This document shows positions 28,314 to 39,021 of a stretch of DNA of 64,000 bases, piece after piece (the first letter of the stretch is position 1; each line of letters opens with the position of its first letter). The position numbers and the translations under genes were made by a program. The notes below the pieces were generated by a model. That model was not told the DNA's origin and searched no databases. It was given only the letters and a program-made list of their open reading frames with translations. The stretch covers positions 415 through 64,414 of the forward strand of contig JALRAP010000002.1 in NCBI GenBank assembly GCA_023262505.1. The letters run 5' to 3'. This DNA comes from Bacteroidia bacterium. GTDB lineage: Bacteria > Bacteroidota > Bacteroidia > AKYH767-A > OLB10.

Positions 28314-29240
28314 TTAAGATGGCTTCCTGTAAACCACCATCACGGTGTGACCATTGATCAAATTTTTGCAAAGGTTTGCAATCGGTCTTAAGATCAAATG
28401 CAGTTTCAATTTCCAAAAAGCCTTTGTAAAAAAACTAAAACCAAAAAAAACTCGGTTAACCGTATTGTACAAATAAGTGTCGCGATTCAATTGCATTAAA
28501 GGTTCTTTCAGTGTTTTTTCAACCTTTAAGCCAATTAAATTACCGATATTTTCCAGGGATTTCGGGGTAAACAGGTTTACATGATGTGGAGGCATATTGA
28601 GTACCTTACTATACATGACATTCCTTCTTAAAAATGCCAAGTCGTTGTTAGGCACGGCTACCAATAAATATCCGCCGGGACGAAGCAGCTTTATGGCATC
28701 CTCATATAAAGCCTTGATGTTGGAGACATGTTCAAACACTTGGAACGAACAAACGACGTCATACGAACCGGAGTTTTTAAGAGAATGAGTCCTTGAATCC
28801 TCTGCAATTAATCTGACACCCGAATCAACGCCATCCTTTACTGCTTTTTCATTCAATTCAAGTCCTAAATAGTTGACACCAGAAAGTTTATCAGCAAGGT
28901 ATTTTCCAAAAAATCCGGAGCCCGAGCCGATTTCCAAAACGCTATCTCCCGGTTTTATGAAGCTCAAAGATTGATTGTTCTCCCATCTTTCAGTCTGATA
29001 ATACCAAGCGCCTTTTGAAAGCTCCTCGTAAAACCGGGAATCTCCATCCAATCCAATTGGATAAAAGAACTCCAACTGAGATACCGGACATTTATAAATG
29101 GAAATCTGGTCAATATCCTTGAAAAACCGCTCAACATCCGTTTGGAAATAGTCGCGGTACAATCTGATAATTTCTTCAGTACTTACATGCTCAACCAGTT
29201 CACATGTCTTTGTTGAATCAAATGGTGATGTAACCTGCAT
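28314..29240 (-). CDS. Class I SAM-dependent methyltransferase (small-molecule/protein type)
   Basis: 308 aa. SAM-binding motif I is VLEIGSGSGFFGKYLAD, with an acidic motif II (LGLELNEKAV) and motif post-II (VVCSFQVFEHV). There is no DPPY/NPPY DNA-methyltransferase motif. Confidence 0.7.
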   Translation of the reverse strand: MQVTSPFDSTKTCELVEHVSTEEIIRLYRDYFQTDVERFFKDIDQISIYKCPVSQLEFFYPIGLDGDSRFYEELSKGAWYYQTERWENNQSLSFIKPGDSVLEIGSGSGFFGKYLADKLSGVNYLGLELNEKAVKDGVDSGVRLIAEDSRTHSLKNSGSYDVVCSFQVFEHVSNIKALYEDAIKLLRPGGYLLVAVPNNDLAFLRRNVMYSKVLNMPPHHVNLFTPKSLENIGNLIGLKVEKTLKEPLMQLNRDTYLYNTVNRVFFGFSFFTKAFWKLKLHLILRPIANLCKNLINGHTVMVVYRKPS

Positions 29241-29269
29241 TTCCAGACGTTCAAAGGTAAAAGACTTAA

Positions 29270-30886
29270 CTATGAATTCATGGAGATCATAAACTCCTCA
29301 TTGGATTTGGTGCCACGCATACGTTCCAAAAGGAATTCCATGGCCTCCATCGGGTTCATGTCGGCGAGGTGATTTCGAAGGATCCACATCTTTTGAAGCA
29401 TTTCCTTATCAAGTAACAAGTCTTCGCGACGGGTTGATGAAGCGATAAGATCGATAGCCGGATAAACACGCTTGTTTGACAATTTACGGTCGAGCTGCAA
29501 TTCCATGTTACCGGTTCCCTTGAACTCCTCGAAGATTACCTCATCCATTTTGGACCCGGTGTCGATAAGAGCAGTGGCGATGATGGTTAGTGAACCTCCC
29601 TTTTCAATCTTACGGGCAGCCCCAAAAAACCTCTTGGGCTTGTGAAGGGCATTGGCATCCACACCACCCGACAGAATCTTGCCAGATGCCGGGGCCACGG
29701 TATTGTAGGCTCGAGCCAAACGTGTGATGGAATCCAAAAGAATGACCACATCATGTCCACATTCAACCATACGCTTAGCCTTTTCCATAACGATATTGGC
29801 AATCTTCACATGACGCTCAGCGGGCTCATCGAAGGTGGATGCCACTACTTCGGCGTTCACACTTCTTGCCATATCGGTAACCTCCTCAGGTCGTTCGTCA
29901 ATGAGCAAAATAATCAGATAAACTTCGGGATGACTAGCAGCAATGGCATTGGCAACCTCTTTCAATAAGACCGTCTTACCGGTTTTAGGTTGAGCTACTA
30001 TGAGTGCCCTTTGACCTTTACCGATAGGAGTAAACATGTCCATCACTCGGGTACTGTAATTGGCACCGTCTGGAGCGAGTTTTAGTTTTTCGTAGGGAAA
30101 TAAAGGTGTAAGATGGTCGAATGGTACACGGTCACGAACGATTGCAGGATCTTGCCCATTTATAGATTCTACTCGCACCAATGGGTAATATTTCTCGCCT
30201 TCGCGGGGTGGTCTTACAGATCCCAAAACCGTATCACCGGTTTTTAGTCCGTAGGTTTTTACTTGAGACTGCGAAACAAATACATCATCGGGTGAGGCAA
30301 GGTAATTGTAATCGGATGAACGAAGGAATCCAAAACCTTCGGGCATTAACTCTACGACACCTTCGCAATTGACCAGGTTGTCAAATTCATTTAGGACAGA
30401 CTCCATAGGACGACGCTCGCGAGATTGGAATTGGTCCCTATTGTTGTTGTTGTTATTATATGAATGCTCCTTTGCAGGAGGATTATCATGGTGTGGTCGA
30501 TCAATGACTGGACGGGTGGCAGGTGGCTCCTGCTTGATGGTCACCTCTGCACTTTCTGGCTGCGACAAAGGAAGTTGAGTCTGAACTGGGACTGGGTTAT
30601 CGTCAGACTTTGGAGGAGCAATTCTTCTTCTTTTAAACCTACCACCATCATCAGATGGTGTTCCGGTTTCTTCGGCCAAAGCTTGTTCTTGCTGCTTTGC
30701 GGTCTCAGCAGCCTTTTTTGAAGGTTCCTCCGGAAGGACGGTATCCGGATTGGCTGCCAAGTGATCAATAATCTTATAAATGATCTCTTGCTTTTTCAGG
30801 CCATCAATACCGGAAACCTTGAGTTTTTTTGCCAAATCTTTTAGCTCAGGCAGGAGCTTTTCGTTAAGCGAGTCTATTGTGTACAT
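29270..30886 (-). CDS. rho: Transcription termination factor Rho with extended low-complexity N-terminal insertion
   Basis: 538 aa. The N-terminal Rho_N starts [40 protein letters not shown]. The cold-shock-like RNA-binding domain reads [15 protein letters not shown]. Walker A is [12 protein letters not shown] Gln/Pro/Asn-rich insertion of roughly 120 aa includes [12 protein letters not shown]. Confidence 0.9.
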   Translation of the reverse strand: MYTIDSLNEKLLPELKDLAKKLKVSGIDGLKKQEIIYKIIDHLAANPDTVLPEEPSKKAAETAKQQEQALAEETGTPSDDGGRFKRRRIAPPKSDDNPVPVQTQLPLSQPESAEVTIKQEPPATRPVIDRPHHDNPPAKEHSYNNNNNNRDQFQSRERRPMESVLNEFDNLVNCEGVVELMPEGFGFLRSSDYNYLASPDDVFVSQSQVKTYGLKTGDTVLGSVRPPREGEKYYPLVRVESINGQDPAIVRDRVPFDHLTPLFPYEKLKLAPDGANYSTRVMDMFTPIGKGQRALIVAQPKTGKTVLLKEVANAIAASHPEVYLIILLIDERPEEVTDMARSVNAEVVASTFDEPAERHVKIANIVMEKAKRMVECGHDVVILLDSITRLARAYNTVAPASGKILSGGVDANALHKPKRFFGAARKIEKGGSLTIIATALIDTGSKMDEVIFEEFKGTGNMELQLDRKLSNKRVYPAIDLIASSTRREDLLLDKEMLQKMWILRNHLADMNPMEAMEFLLERMRGTKSNEEFMISMNS

Positions 30887-31168
30887 TAAAATAGGATAGT
30901 CCTTTGAATGAAATCGCCATCAACAGGCGAAAATTAAAACCAATAAATAGGTGATTAGAAGATAAAGAAGGGATTGGTGTGGTATAATCCCGGTTAGAAA
31001 ATATTCGGGATTAGAAGTACTGAAGTAGGCTAAACCAACTATGATGCAATATTAAACTCAAAAGGCATTAAATGCAAATTTTGAAACAAATTATTTTACA
31101 AATGAATCGGTTGCAAGTGTCAAATGGTTTGAGATTGGAACTTAATTTTGAGGAAAATCAAAAATAAG

Positions 31169-31603
31169 ATGATACAAAGAATACAAACCCTGTTCTTGGC
31201 ACTTTCCGTTGCAATATCAATTTCAACCTTTATTGTCCCATTCGGTGAAAAAATGGATAATGATGGGCAAATGCAAACATTGTCTCTTATAGGAGATTCA
31301 GTTCTAGAATTAAATTATGGGTTAATCCTGGTTAACATTTTGGTGCTGATAGTCGGGGTTACTGCCATTTTCAACTTCAAAAAGAGAGCATTGCAGATGA
31401 AACTATGCAGACTTGGTTCATTGATTTCCATTGCACTTTTAGTATTGGCCTTCTATGCGTCGGAGTCATTGATAGGCGAGGGTAAGGTTTTATTCCTCAC
31501 CGGCATATACTTGAATGCCCTGCAACCGGTCTTGTTTTTCATTGCTCGAAGGTTCATACACAAGGATGATTTATTGGTCAAGTCAGCCGATAGAATCAGA
31601 TAA
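31169..31603 (+). CDS. Small integral membrane protein (DUF4293-like, 4 predicted TM helices)
   Basis: ATG at 31169 gives MIQRIQTLFLALSVAISISTFIV.... It has four hydrophobic helices and no catalytic motif. It is divergent from rho. The assignment to DUF4293 is from memory of this family's N-terminus and of its neighbourhood to rho in Bacteroidota; it is unverified. Confidence 0.5.
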   Translation: MIQRIQTLFLALSVAISISTFIVPFGEKMDNDGQMQTLSLIGDSVLELNYGLILVNILVLIVGVTAIFNFKKRALQMKLCRLGSLISIALLVLAFYASESLIGEGKVLFLTGIYLNALQPVLFFIARRFIHKDDLLVKSADRIR

Positions 31604-31647
31604 ATATAAAGTGTCTCATTTGTCATTTATTATGTTAAATAAATAAA

Positions 31648-32115
31648 ATGAAAAATATCCCAACGGAGTTTTTAGACTCTTTGGTTAAATGGTTTGCTTA
31701 TCACCAGTCAATAGCACTCAAAACCGGTATCAAGCTCAACCCCCGTCAAATTGAATTGGCAAAAGCCCTAGGTTGCCTAAAACCTGATAATATCCGGATT
31801 CTTTATGTGGATGATATGCCTAAGGTAAAAAGCGCTGTCCTTCGAGAGATAATGGATCAAGCTGGATTCAATTTTGGAGATGCATATGGACTTTGTCTAG
31901 GTTATGGAATTTTCATCAAAACTGATGGGCAAGGGGATCCACGGGTTTTAGCACACGAAATGACCCATACATTGCAATTTGAACGTCTCAACGGTGCACG
32001 TAATTTTCTTGAGGTATACGTCCAACAATTTTTAGTTTACGGTTACACATCCATGCCGTTGGAAAAGGAAGCCAGGTTGAATGAAAAATTGGGGACAAAA
32101 ATTCTTGGTAGATAA
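31648..32115 (+). CDS. Small HExxH zincin-like protein (DUF4157-like domain, stand-alone)
   Basis: 155 aa. The segment GFNFGDAYGLCLGYGIFIKTDGQGDPRVLAHEMTHTLQFE matches the DUF4157 pattern (G.dfs.v....A.A.t.G..I.f..G....LLAHELtHVvQ). It has no signal peptide. Confidence 0.5.
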   Translation: MKNIPTEFLDSLVKWFAYHQSIALKTGIKLNPRQIELAKALGCLKPDNIRILYVDDMPKVKSAVLREIMDQAGFNFGDAYGLCLGYGIFIKTDGQGDPRVLAHEMTHTLQFERLNGARNFLEVYVQQFLVYGYTSMPLEKEARLNEKLGTKILGR

Positions 32116-32234
32116 CAGGAATGATTGTTTCATTTTTTGTGGTAATAACGCACAAAATGTGGCTACAACTACCCAATTGAATTCCCTATTAAAGTCTTAT
32201 AATTAATATTATGTTAAATATATAATTTATTGAA

Positions 32235-32257
32235 AATGGGGATATTACTCCCCATTC
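32235..32257. terminator. Putative bidirectional hairpin between convergent genes
   Basis: The sequence AATGGGGA-tattac-TCCCCATT forms an 8-bp stem in an AT-rich context. It lies between the 3' ends of the 31648..32115 gene (+) and the 32281..33417 gene (-). Confidence 0.4.
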
Positions 32258-32280
32258 TCTAATATTATTTAATCAGTCCG

Positions 32281-33417
32281 TTACTTGGCCGCGTCTATCC
32301 TCTTTTTCATTTCAGAGGCCTTATCCAACTGGTTCAGCTTAGTATAAATCTGCTTAAGGGATTCCATAGTACTTACATCGTTTGGACTCAGCTCAAGTGC
32401 CTTTTCCAAGTACGGAACAGCATCACGGAATTTGGCCTCAAACTTCTTCTTGGCAGCTTCATACTCGGCAATTTTATTGGGTGGTATGTCGTTGGCCTTA
32501 TTTACCATCTCAGCTGCCGTGTTAAAATGCATGGCACCGAGGTTGTAATACGCCTCAAAATACTTAACATTCAATTCGATAGCTTTCTTGTATGCAGCCT
32601 CGGCAACATCCTTCTTTCCCTGTTTGTCATTTAAAGTACCCTTGGCGAAATACAAACTGGCGTTGCTTGGATCACTTTGTATCGCCATGTCAATGAATTC
32701 ACTGGCTTCCTTCTCGCGACCGGTGCTGAGGTAAATGTTCAATTGCTCAATCATTAATGGATTGTTGTCAGGAAAATTCTTCCTGCCCTCAATTATGGTG
32801 GTCAACGCTCCATCGATATTGTTTTCCTTGCGTAGTATGCTTGCCAAGCTGAGGAATACGTTAGCATCAGCCTGCTTGGAAGCAACCAAACTAGCGTAAT
32901 ATCCTTTGGCTATGTCTGTTTTGCCGACTCTTTCGGCACACAATGCACTGTTTAGTGTTGCTTTGGAGTCGTTCGGACTGATTTTCAATACCCATTGAAA
33001 CGAGTTCAGCGACCTATCGAAGGTCTTGGCATTGAATTCATCAAGCCCACGAGCGAAGAAGTTTCCGGCAAGGATCTCCAAATTCTGCTCTATCACGTCC
33101 TTGTTTTCGTAATTGGGTTCAAGCTCAAGGGCTTTCTTGTAGGATTCATAAGCCTTTTCCAGCGCCATTTCATCCAGATTTCCATATTTGGGATGCTTGT
33201 AAATCTTTTGGTAAATGAGTCCTCGGTAGTACCATGTTTTGGCCTTTCCCATTGTGGATTCATGTACAGATGCCTCATCGATATTGGTTCGGGCTTTATC
33301 CAACAAATCATATTCAGGCTTATAATAATTCCAAGCCGAAACCACTTTGTTTTGCTGCGCCATCACCACACTACTAAGTGAAATAATCGCTATAGATAAG
33401 CTTAATAATCGTTTCAT
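32281..33417 (-). CDS. Secreted tetratricopeptide-repeat (TPR) protein
   Basis: 378 aa. Signal peptide MKRLLSLSIAIISLSSVVMAQ. There are multiple TPR-like helical pairs (AYYNLGAMHF, ALELEPNYEN, ALELSPND). Confidence 0.65.
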   Translation of the reverse strand: MKRLLSLSIAIISLSSVVMAQQNKVVSAWNYYKPEYDLLDKARTNIDEASVHESTMGKAKTWYYRGLIYQKIYKHPKYGNLDEMALEKAYESYKKALELEPNYENKDVIEQNLEILAGNFFARGLDEFNAKTFDRSLNSFQWVLKISPNDSKATLNSALCAERVGKTDIAKGYYASLVASKQADANVFLSLASILRKENNIDGALTTIIEGRKNFPDNNPLMIEQLNIYLSTGREKEASEFIDMAIQSDPSNASLYFAKGTLNDKQGKKDVAEAAYKKAIELNVKYFEAYYNLGAMHFNTAAEMVNKANDIPPNKIAEYEAAKKKFEAKFRDAVPYLEKALELSPNDVSTMESLKQIYTKLNQLDKASEMKKRIDAAK

Positions 33418-33450
33418 ATTGATTTATTTATGATTTATTCTATAATGAAA

Positions 33451-36051
33451 TTATGCATCAGGCGCGTTTTCATCGGTGTCGTTTTCCGAGCCGCCTTCAG
33501 ATTCCATTCCAAAATCCGTACCGAAGTCTGTTTCTGGGTTGACAATTGATGGATTTTCTGATTCGGCTCCTTCGATATGTGATTCCGACTCAGCTACCAC
33601 CTCAGCCAAAGCCTGGTCGATTCGGGCAACAGAAGCAATCTGGTCACCTTCGTTCAACTTGATTACTCGTACCCCTTGAGTTGCTCGGCCCATCACTCGA
33701 ATGTCGCCAATCGCCATCCTGATACAGATTCCTGATTTGTTTATAATCATCAACTCATCATTCTCTAGCACTGACTTGATGGTTACCAGACTACCTGTCT
33801 TATCAGTGACATTCAGAGTTTTAACACCTTTTCCACCTCGGTTTGTAACACGGTAATCTTCAAGATCACTCCTTTTACCGTATCCGTTTTCCGATACTAC
33901 CAAGATGGTTTCGGCTTTACTGTCATTGACACATACCATGCCTACCACCTCGTCTTGTTCATCGGCCAAAGTAACGCCTCTAACACCGGTGGCATTCCTG
34001 CCCATTGGCCTTACTGTTGATTCATTGAAGCGAATGGCCCTACCCGACTTGAGAGCCATCAAAATCTCTGATCTGCCACTAGTTAATCTCGCCTCCAAAA
34101 GTTGGTCTTCTTCCCGGATGTTGATTGCGATAATTCCACTTTGACGAACCCTGGAATAAGCCTCCAAGGAAGTTTTCTTAATTGTTCCATCCTTCGTGCA
34201 AAGGATTATATAATTGTTGTTAAGATATTCTTCATCAGTAAGATTCCTAACATTAATAAATGCTTTAACCTTATCATCAGCTGGCATACTGATGATGTTT
34301 TGAATAGCTCGGCCCTTACCTGTTCTGTCACCCTCCGGAATCTCAAATGCCCTCAACCAATAGCACCTTCCCTTTTCGGTGAAAAGCAGGATATAGTTAT
34401 GGTTGGTAGCTACAAATAGGTGCTCCACAAAGTCCTCATCACGCGTGGAAGCCCCTTTCAAGCCCTTACCGCCTTTGGATTGAATCCTGTACTCGTTTAA
34501 TGGGGTACGCTTAATGTATCCCATGTGAGAAATGGTGATAACCACCGCGTCGTCGGCGATGATGTCCTCCATGGATATCTCATCGGCGGCATACACGATT
34601 TCCGTACGCCTATCATCACCGTATTTGGATCGCATCTCCGCCATTTCATCCTTCAGGATTTGCATCCTAAGTGATTCACTATCAAGAATCTCCTTATAAT
34701 GGGCGATCAATTTCATCAACTCGTTATACTCTTCACGAATCTTATCACGCTCCAATCCCGTCAAGCGTTGCAAACGCATATCCAAAATCGCCTTGGCTTG
34801 AATTTCTGAGAGTCCAAAAGCCTCCATCAATCCAGTCCTAGCCACATCAGGAGTGTCCGATTTGCGAATAAGAGCTATTACCTCGTCCAAATGATCCAAG
34901 GCTATGAGCAATCCCTCAAGAATATGAGCCCTTTTTTCAGCCTCATTCAGATCAAACCTGGTTTTCCTGATCAGAACATCATGTCTGTGGTCAACGAATT
35001 GAACAATCAGATCCTTCAGATTCAACATCACCGGCCTTCCCGCTGATAAGGCAATGTTATTAACTGAAAAAGAAGACTGTAGGCCAGTATACTTAAACAG
35101 ATTATTTAGAACAACTGCAGCCTGGGCATCGCGGTGTATTTCGTAAACTACACGCATACCATCACGATCCGACTCATCACGAATATCTGTAATACCCTCA
35201 AGTTTCTTCTCATTTACCAAATCAGCGGTTTTGCGAATCATATCCGCTTTGTTGGTCATGTATGGGATTTCGGTCACTATGATTCGTTCACGACCGTTAT
35301 CCAAAGTTTCAATATTGGTTTTGGCGCGCATAACCACCCTGCCTCTACCTGTCAACAGTGCCTCGCGAACCCCTGTATATCCATAAATGATTCCACCGGT
35401 TGGAAAGTCGGGAGCCTTGACAAACTGCAACAAATCCTCTACCGCAATATCCTTGTTGTCGATATAGGCCATGGTGGCATCCAAGACTTCGGTCAAGTTA
35501 TGGGGGGCCATGTTGGTGGCCATACCCACTGCAATACCGGAAGCACCATTAACCAAAAGGTTTGGAATTTTGGATGGCAAAACAGTTGGCTCCTGCAAGG
35601 TGTCATCGAAATTCAACCTGAAATCGACGGTATCCTTGTCGATATCCGCTAACATTTCCTCTGCGATCTTTTTCAGCCTAGCCTCGGTGTAACGCATGGC
35701 AGCAGGGCTGTCACCATCCACGGAACCGAAATTACCTTGTCCATCCACCATCGGATAACGCAAAGACCAGTCTTGAGCCATACGGACCATGGCGTCATAA
35801 ACCGAACTGTCGCCATGAGGGTGGTACTTACCCAAGACCTCCCCTACGATCCTAGCCGACTTTTTGTAAGCTCGGTTAGACATAACCCCTAACTCAAGCA
35901 TTCCATAAAGTACACGACGGTGAACTGGCTTCAAACCATCACGGACATCGGGCAAAGCCCTTGATACAATCACCGACATCGAATAATCGATGTAAGCGGT
36001 TTTCATCTCCTCCTCAATGTTAATCCTAACGATTTTTTCTCCTGCTGACAT
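33451..36051 (-). CDS. gyrA: DNA gyrase subunit A
   Basis: 866 aa. The N-terminus ...[32 protein letters not shown] is the canonical GyrA start. The active-site region AAMRYTE is present. There are beta-pinwheel C-terminal repeats and an acidic tail. Confidence 0.95.
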   Translation of the reverse strand: MSAGEKIVRINIEEEMKTAYIDYSMSVIVSRALPDVRDGLKPVHRRVLYGMLELGVMSNRAYKKSARIVGEVLGKYHPHGDSSVYDAMVRMAQDWSLRYPMVDGQGNFGSVDGDSPAAMRYTEARLKKIAEEMLADIDKDTVDFRLNFDDTLQEPTVLPSKIPNLLVNGASGIAVGMATNMAPHNLTEVLDATMAYIDNKDIAVEDLLQFVKAPDFPTGGIIYGYTGVREALLTGRGRVVMRAKTNIETLDNGRERIIVTEIPYMTNKADMIRKTADLVNEKKLEGITDIRDESDRDGMRVVYEIHRDAQAAVVLNNLFKYTGLQSSFSVNNIALSAGRPVMLNLKDLIVQFVDHRHDVLIRKTRFDLNEAEKRAHILEGLLIALDHLDEVIALIRKSDTPDVARTGLMEAFGLSEIQAKAILDMRLQRLTGLERDKIREEYNELMKLIAHYKEILDSESLRMQILKDEMAEMRSKYGDDRRTEIVYAADEISMEDIIADDAVVITISHMGYIKRTPLNEYRIQSKGGKGLKGASTRDEDFVEHLFVATNHNYILLFTEKGRCYWLRAFEIPEGDRTGKGRAIQNIISMPADDKVKAFINVRNLTDEEYLNNNYIILCTKDGTIKKTSLEAYSRVRQSGIIAINIREEDQLLEARLTSGRSEILMALKSGRAIRFNESTVRPMGRNATGVRGVTLADEQDEVVGMVCVNDSKAETILVVSENGYGKRSDLEDYRVTNRGGKGVKTLNVTDKTGSLVTIKSVLENDELMIINKSGICIRMAIGDIRVMGRATQGVRVIKLNEGDQIASVARIDQALAEVVAESESHIEGAESENPSIVNPETDFGTDFGMESEGGSENDTDENAPDA

Positions 36052-36399
36052 TTGATGTGTTGATATGTTTTAAAACGATTATTAGGCCTAAGTGCCGATT
36101 ATGAAAACTGACCATTTGTCACACACCCACAACCTTCTCTGCCTTCAGGCATCAAGCCTTTGAAATTCAGAAGTATAAGGTAACAAATAAAGGGTGTTAT
36201 TATTTTATTTGAATTCACTTTCGAATGTATTCAATTTATGGCATGTTTTGTGTTGAAAAATCCGTAATAATATCAACAATCATTGAGGCCTCTCGCGACT
36301 GATTCAGAGTATGTTTGTAATGAAAAAGCTATTTCACAAGAACATTAGAACATTTTACGAGAAGCTCCGTTAAAACTTGAAAACCAAAACCAATCCAAT

Positions 36400-38949
36400 A
36401 TGGAAGCAAAATTTTCTCCCAGAGTCAAGGATGTGATCCAATACAGTAAAGAAGAGGCTGTTAGACTGGGACATGAGTACATAGGAACCGAGCATTTGCT
36501 GCTAGGTTTGATTCGTGAAGGCGAAGGCATGGCCATTAAAATCCTGAAATCATTAAACATCAACCTCGGTGAATTACGTAAATCCGTTGAAGGTGCTGTT
36601 CGTGGTACATCAGGCGCAGGTTCGCGCACAGTAAACCTACCACTTACCAAACAAGCTGAAAAGGCTTTGAAGATTACCTATCTTGAAGCAAAGATTTATC
36701 GATCTGACATCATAGGAACCGAACATCTTTTGTTGGCCATCTTGAAGGATGAGGATAATATCGCCACCCAAATCTTGAATCAATATGGTGTGAACTACGA
36801 TTTACTTCGTGAAGAACTCGATATGTTCCGTTCCAATATGCGTTCAGAGGCACCTCAAAATCCGAATGACGATGATCCATATTCCAAGGACGATGACACA
36901 CCTGGCATCAATCCTACCAAAAAGAGTGGTGATTCCAAATCCAAAACCCCTGTTCTTGACAACTTCGGTCGCGATTTAACCAAAGCCGCCGAGGAGGGTA
37001 AACTTGATCCTATTGTTGGCCGTGAAAAAGAGATCGAACGCGTTTCGCAAATCCTTTCTCGTCGTAAGAAAAACAATCCTATCCTAATAGGTGAACCCGG
37101 GGTGGGTAAATCTGCTATTGCGGAAGGTCTCGCCTTGCGTATCGTACAACGTAAAGTTTCCCGTATCCTTTTCAACAAACGCATTGTGACGTTGGATCTT
37201 GCCTCTTTAGTGGCCGGAACCAAATACCGCGGTCAGTTTGAAGAGCGAATGAAAGCAGTTATGAATGAACTGGAGAAGTCACCAGACGTTATCCTTTTCA
37301 TCGATGAAATCCACACCATAATTGGAGCGGGTGGAGCCAGTGGTTCTTTGGATGCCAGCAATATGTTCAAACCTGCCTTGGCAAGGGGTGAAATACAATG
37401 TATTGGAGCAACCACCTTGGATGAATACCGTCAATACATTGAAAAGGATGGTGCTTTGGATCGTCGTTTCCAAAAGGTGATTGTGGACCCCACATCTGTA
37501 GATGAGACCGTTGAAATCCTTCATAACATCAAGGAAAAATACGAAGAGCATCACCATGTAAATTACACAGAAGATGCCATTAAGTCATGTGTGACTTTAA
37601 CCTCTCGTTATATCACTGATCGTTTCCTGCCAGATAAGGCCATAGACGCTTTGGATGAAGCTGGTAGCCGTGTGCATATCTCCAATATCCATGTTCCTGA
37701 AAACATCATTGAATTGGAGGGAAAAATAAATGATATCAAATCTGAGAAGAACAAAGTTGTTCGCAGTCAGAAATACGAAGAGGCTGCAAGGCTCCGCGAT
37801 ACCGAAAAACAACTTTTGGAAGAACTAGAAACAGCTAAGCGCAACTGGGAAGAAGAAACCAAGAACCAACGCTATACCGTTTCGGCAGACGATGTTGCCT
37901 CGGTAGTGGCAATGATGTCGGGGGTTCCAGTGCACCGAATCGCACAGGCCGAAACCACCCGACTAATCAAGATGCCGCAAGAGTTGCAAGGAAAAGTGAT
38001 CGGACAAGACGATGCCATTCGTAAAGTTGTAAAAGCCATCCAACGCAATCGGGCAGGTTTGAAAGATCCCAACAAACCTATCGGCACATTCATTTTCCTT
38101 GGCCCCACGGGTGTTGGAAAAACAGAATTGGCCAAGGAACTTGCCAGATATCTGTTCGACACGGAAGACGCCCTCATCCGTATCGACATGAGTGAATACA
38201 TGGAAAAGTTCGCTGTTTCCAGGTTGATTGGAGCGCCTCCCGGATATGTTGGTTATGAAGAAGGCGGACAGCTTACTGAAAAAGTGAGACGCAAGCCCTA
38301 CTCCATCGTGCTGTTGGATGAGATTGAAAAGGCGCACCCTGACGTGTTCAACTTACTCCTTCAAGTATTGGACGATGGCCAGCTTACTGACAGCCTTGGT
38401 CGTAAAGTGGATTTCAAGAACACAATCATCATCATGACTTCTAACATTGGCTCTCGCCAATTGAAGGAGTTCGGCACCGGTGTTGGATTCAATTCCGCAG
38501 CACGCGTCAATGCATCGGAAGAAAACGCCCGTTCAGTAATCGAAAGCTCACTCAAAAAGGCTTTTGCCCCTGAGTTTCTAAACAGAATTGATGATGTGAT
38601 CATCTTCAATTCGCTAGGCAAGGAAGACATCCACCGTATCATCGATATCGAGTTGGGTCACCTGTATAAGCGCGTTACAGATATGGGCTACAAGTTGCAA
38701 CTTAGCACTGAAGCCAAGGACTTCATATCCGACAAAGGCTTTGATGCCAATTTCGGTGCAAGACCATTGAAGCGTGCCATTCAGAAATATGTCGAGGATG
38801 TTCTTGCAGAAGAAATCATCAAAGGCGAACTTCAAGAAGGTGATCAAATCATGTTGGACTTCGATAAGGATAATAACACCCTTAAGCCAACAGTAACCAA
38901 AGCCTCAGCGCCTCCTTCCAAGCCCAAGAAAAAGAAGGAAGAAAACTGA
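36400..38949 (+). CDS. clpC: ATP-dependent Clp protease ATP-binding subunit ClpC (class I AAA+ Clp ATPase)
   Basis: 849 aa. Two Clp_N repeats. AAA+ D1 has Walker A GEPGVGKSA; D2 has Walker A GPTGVGKTE. The ClpP-docking region is present. The middle domain is short, so it is ClpC rather than ClpB. Confidence 0.9.
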   Translation: MEAKFSPRVKDVIQYSKEEAVRLGHEYIGTEHLLLGLIREGEGMAIKILKSLNINLGELRKSVEGAVRGTSGAGSRTVNLPLTKQAEKALKITYLEAKIYRSDIIGTEHLLLAILKDEDNIATQILNQYGVNYDLLREELDMFRSNMRSEAPQNPNDDDPYSKDDDTPGINPTKKSGDSKSKTPVLDNFGRDLTKAAEEGKLDPIVGREKEIERVSQILSRRKKNNPILIGEPGVGKSAIAEGLALRIVQRKVSRILFNKRIVTLDLASLVAGTKYRGQFEERMKAVMNELEKSPDVILFIDEIHTIIGAGGASGSLDASNMFKPALARGEIQCIGATTLDEYRQYIEKDGALDRRFQKVIVDPTSVDETVEILHNIKEKYEEHHHVNYTEDAIKSCVTLTSRYITDRFLPDKAIDALDEAGSRVHISNIHVPENIIELEGKINDIKSEKNKVVRSQKYEEAARLRDTEKQLLEELETAKRNWEEETKNQRYTVSADDVASVVAMMSGVPVHRIAQAETTRLIKMPQELQGKVIGQDDAIRKVVKAIQRNRAGLKDPNKPIGTFIFLGPTGVGKTELAKELARYLFDTEDALIRIDMSEYMEKFAVSRLIGAPPGYVGYEEGGQLTEKVRRKPYSIVLLDEIEKAHPDVFNLLLQVLDDGQLTDSLGRKVDFKNTIIIMTSNIGSRQLKEFGTGVGFNSAARVNASEENARSVIESSLKKAFAPEFLNRIDDVIIFNSLGKEDIHRIIDIELGHLYKRVTDMGYKLQLSTEAKDFISDKGFDANFGARPLKRAIQKYVEDVLAEEIIKGELQEGDQIMLDFDKDNNTLKPTVTKASAPPSKPKKKKEEN

Positions 38950-38968
38950 TCCAGTTGTGATCTAAAAC

Positions 38969-39008
38969 AAAAGCGGCTACCCTTTAATGGATAGCCGCTT
39001 TTTTATTT
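38969..39008. terminator. Bidirectional rho-independent terminator between clpC (+) and fabI (-)
   Basis: AAAAGCGGCTA-ccctttaatgga-TAGCCGCTTTTTTATTTT. The stem is 7 bp or longer, flanked by an A-tract upstream and a T-tract downstream, so it can serve both convergent genes. Confidence 0.6.
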
Positions 39009-39021
39009 TAATTGGATTCTT

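Noticed and set aside
28314-29240. Possible DNA methyltransferase (restriction-modification) signature
   Set aside because: The SAM-binding motifs are of the small-molecule/protein class I type (VLEIGSGSG…). There are no DPPY/NPPY or target-recognition-domain features and no adjacent endonuclease.
31075-31168. 31-aa ORF (MQILKQIILQMNRLQVSNGLRLELNFEENQK) ending 2 nt before the DUF4293-like gene
   Set aside because: Too short, with no motif, and it lies in the rho/DUF4293 divergent promoter region. It could be an upstream leader peptide, but nothing supports it.
33476-35692. Several 67-172-aa plus-strand ORFs inside gyrA
   Set aside because: They are antisense to gyrA and show no independent start or terminator context or motifs.
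36345-38847. About a dozen 60-124-aa ORFs antisense to, or in alternative frames of, clpC
   Set aside because: All are nested in a highly conserved AAA+ gene with unambiguous motifs. They are typical GC-skew shadow ORFs.
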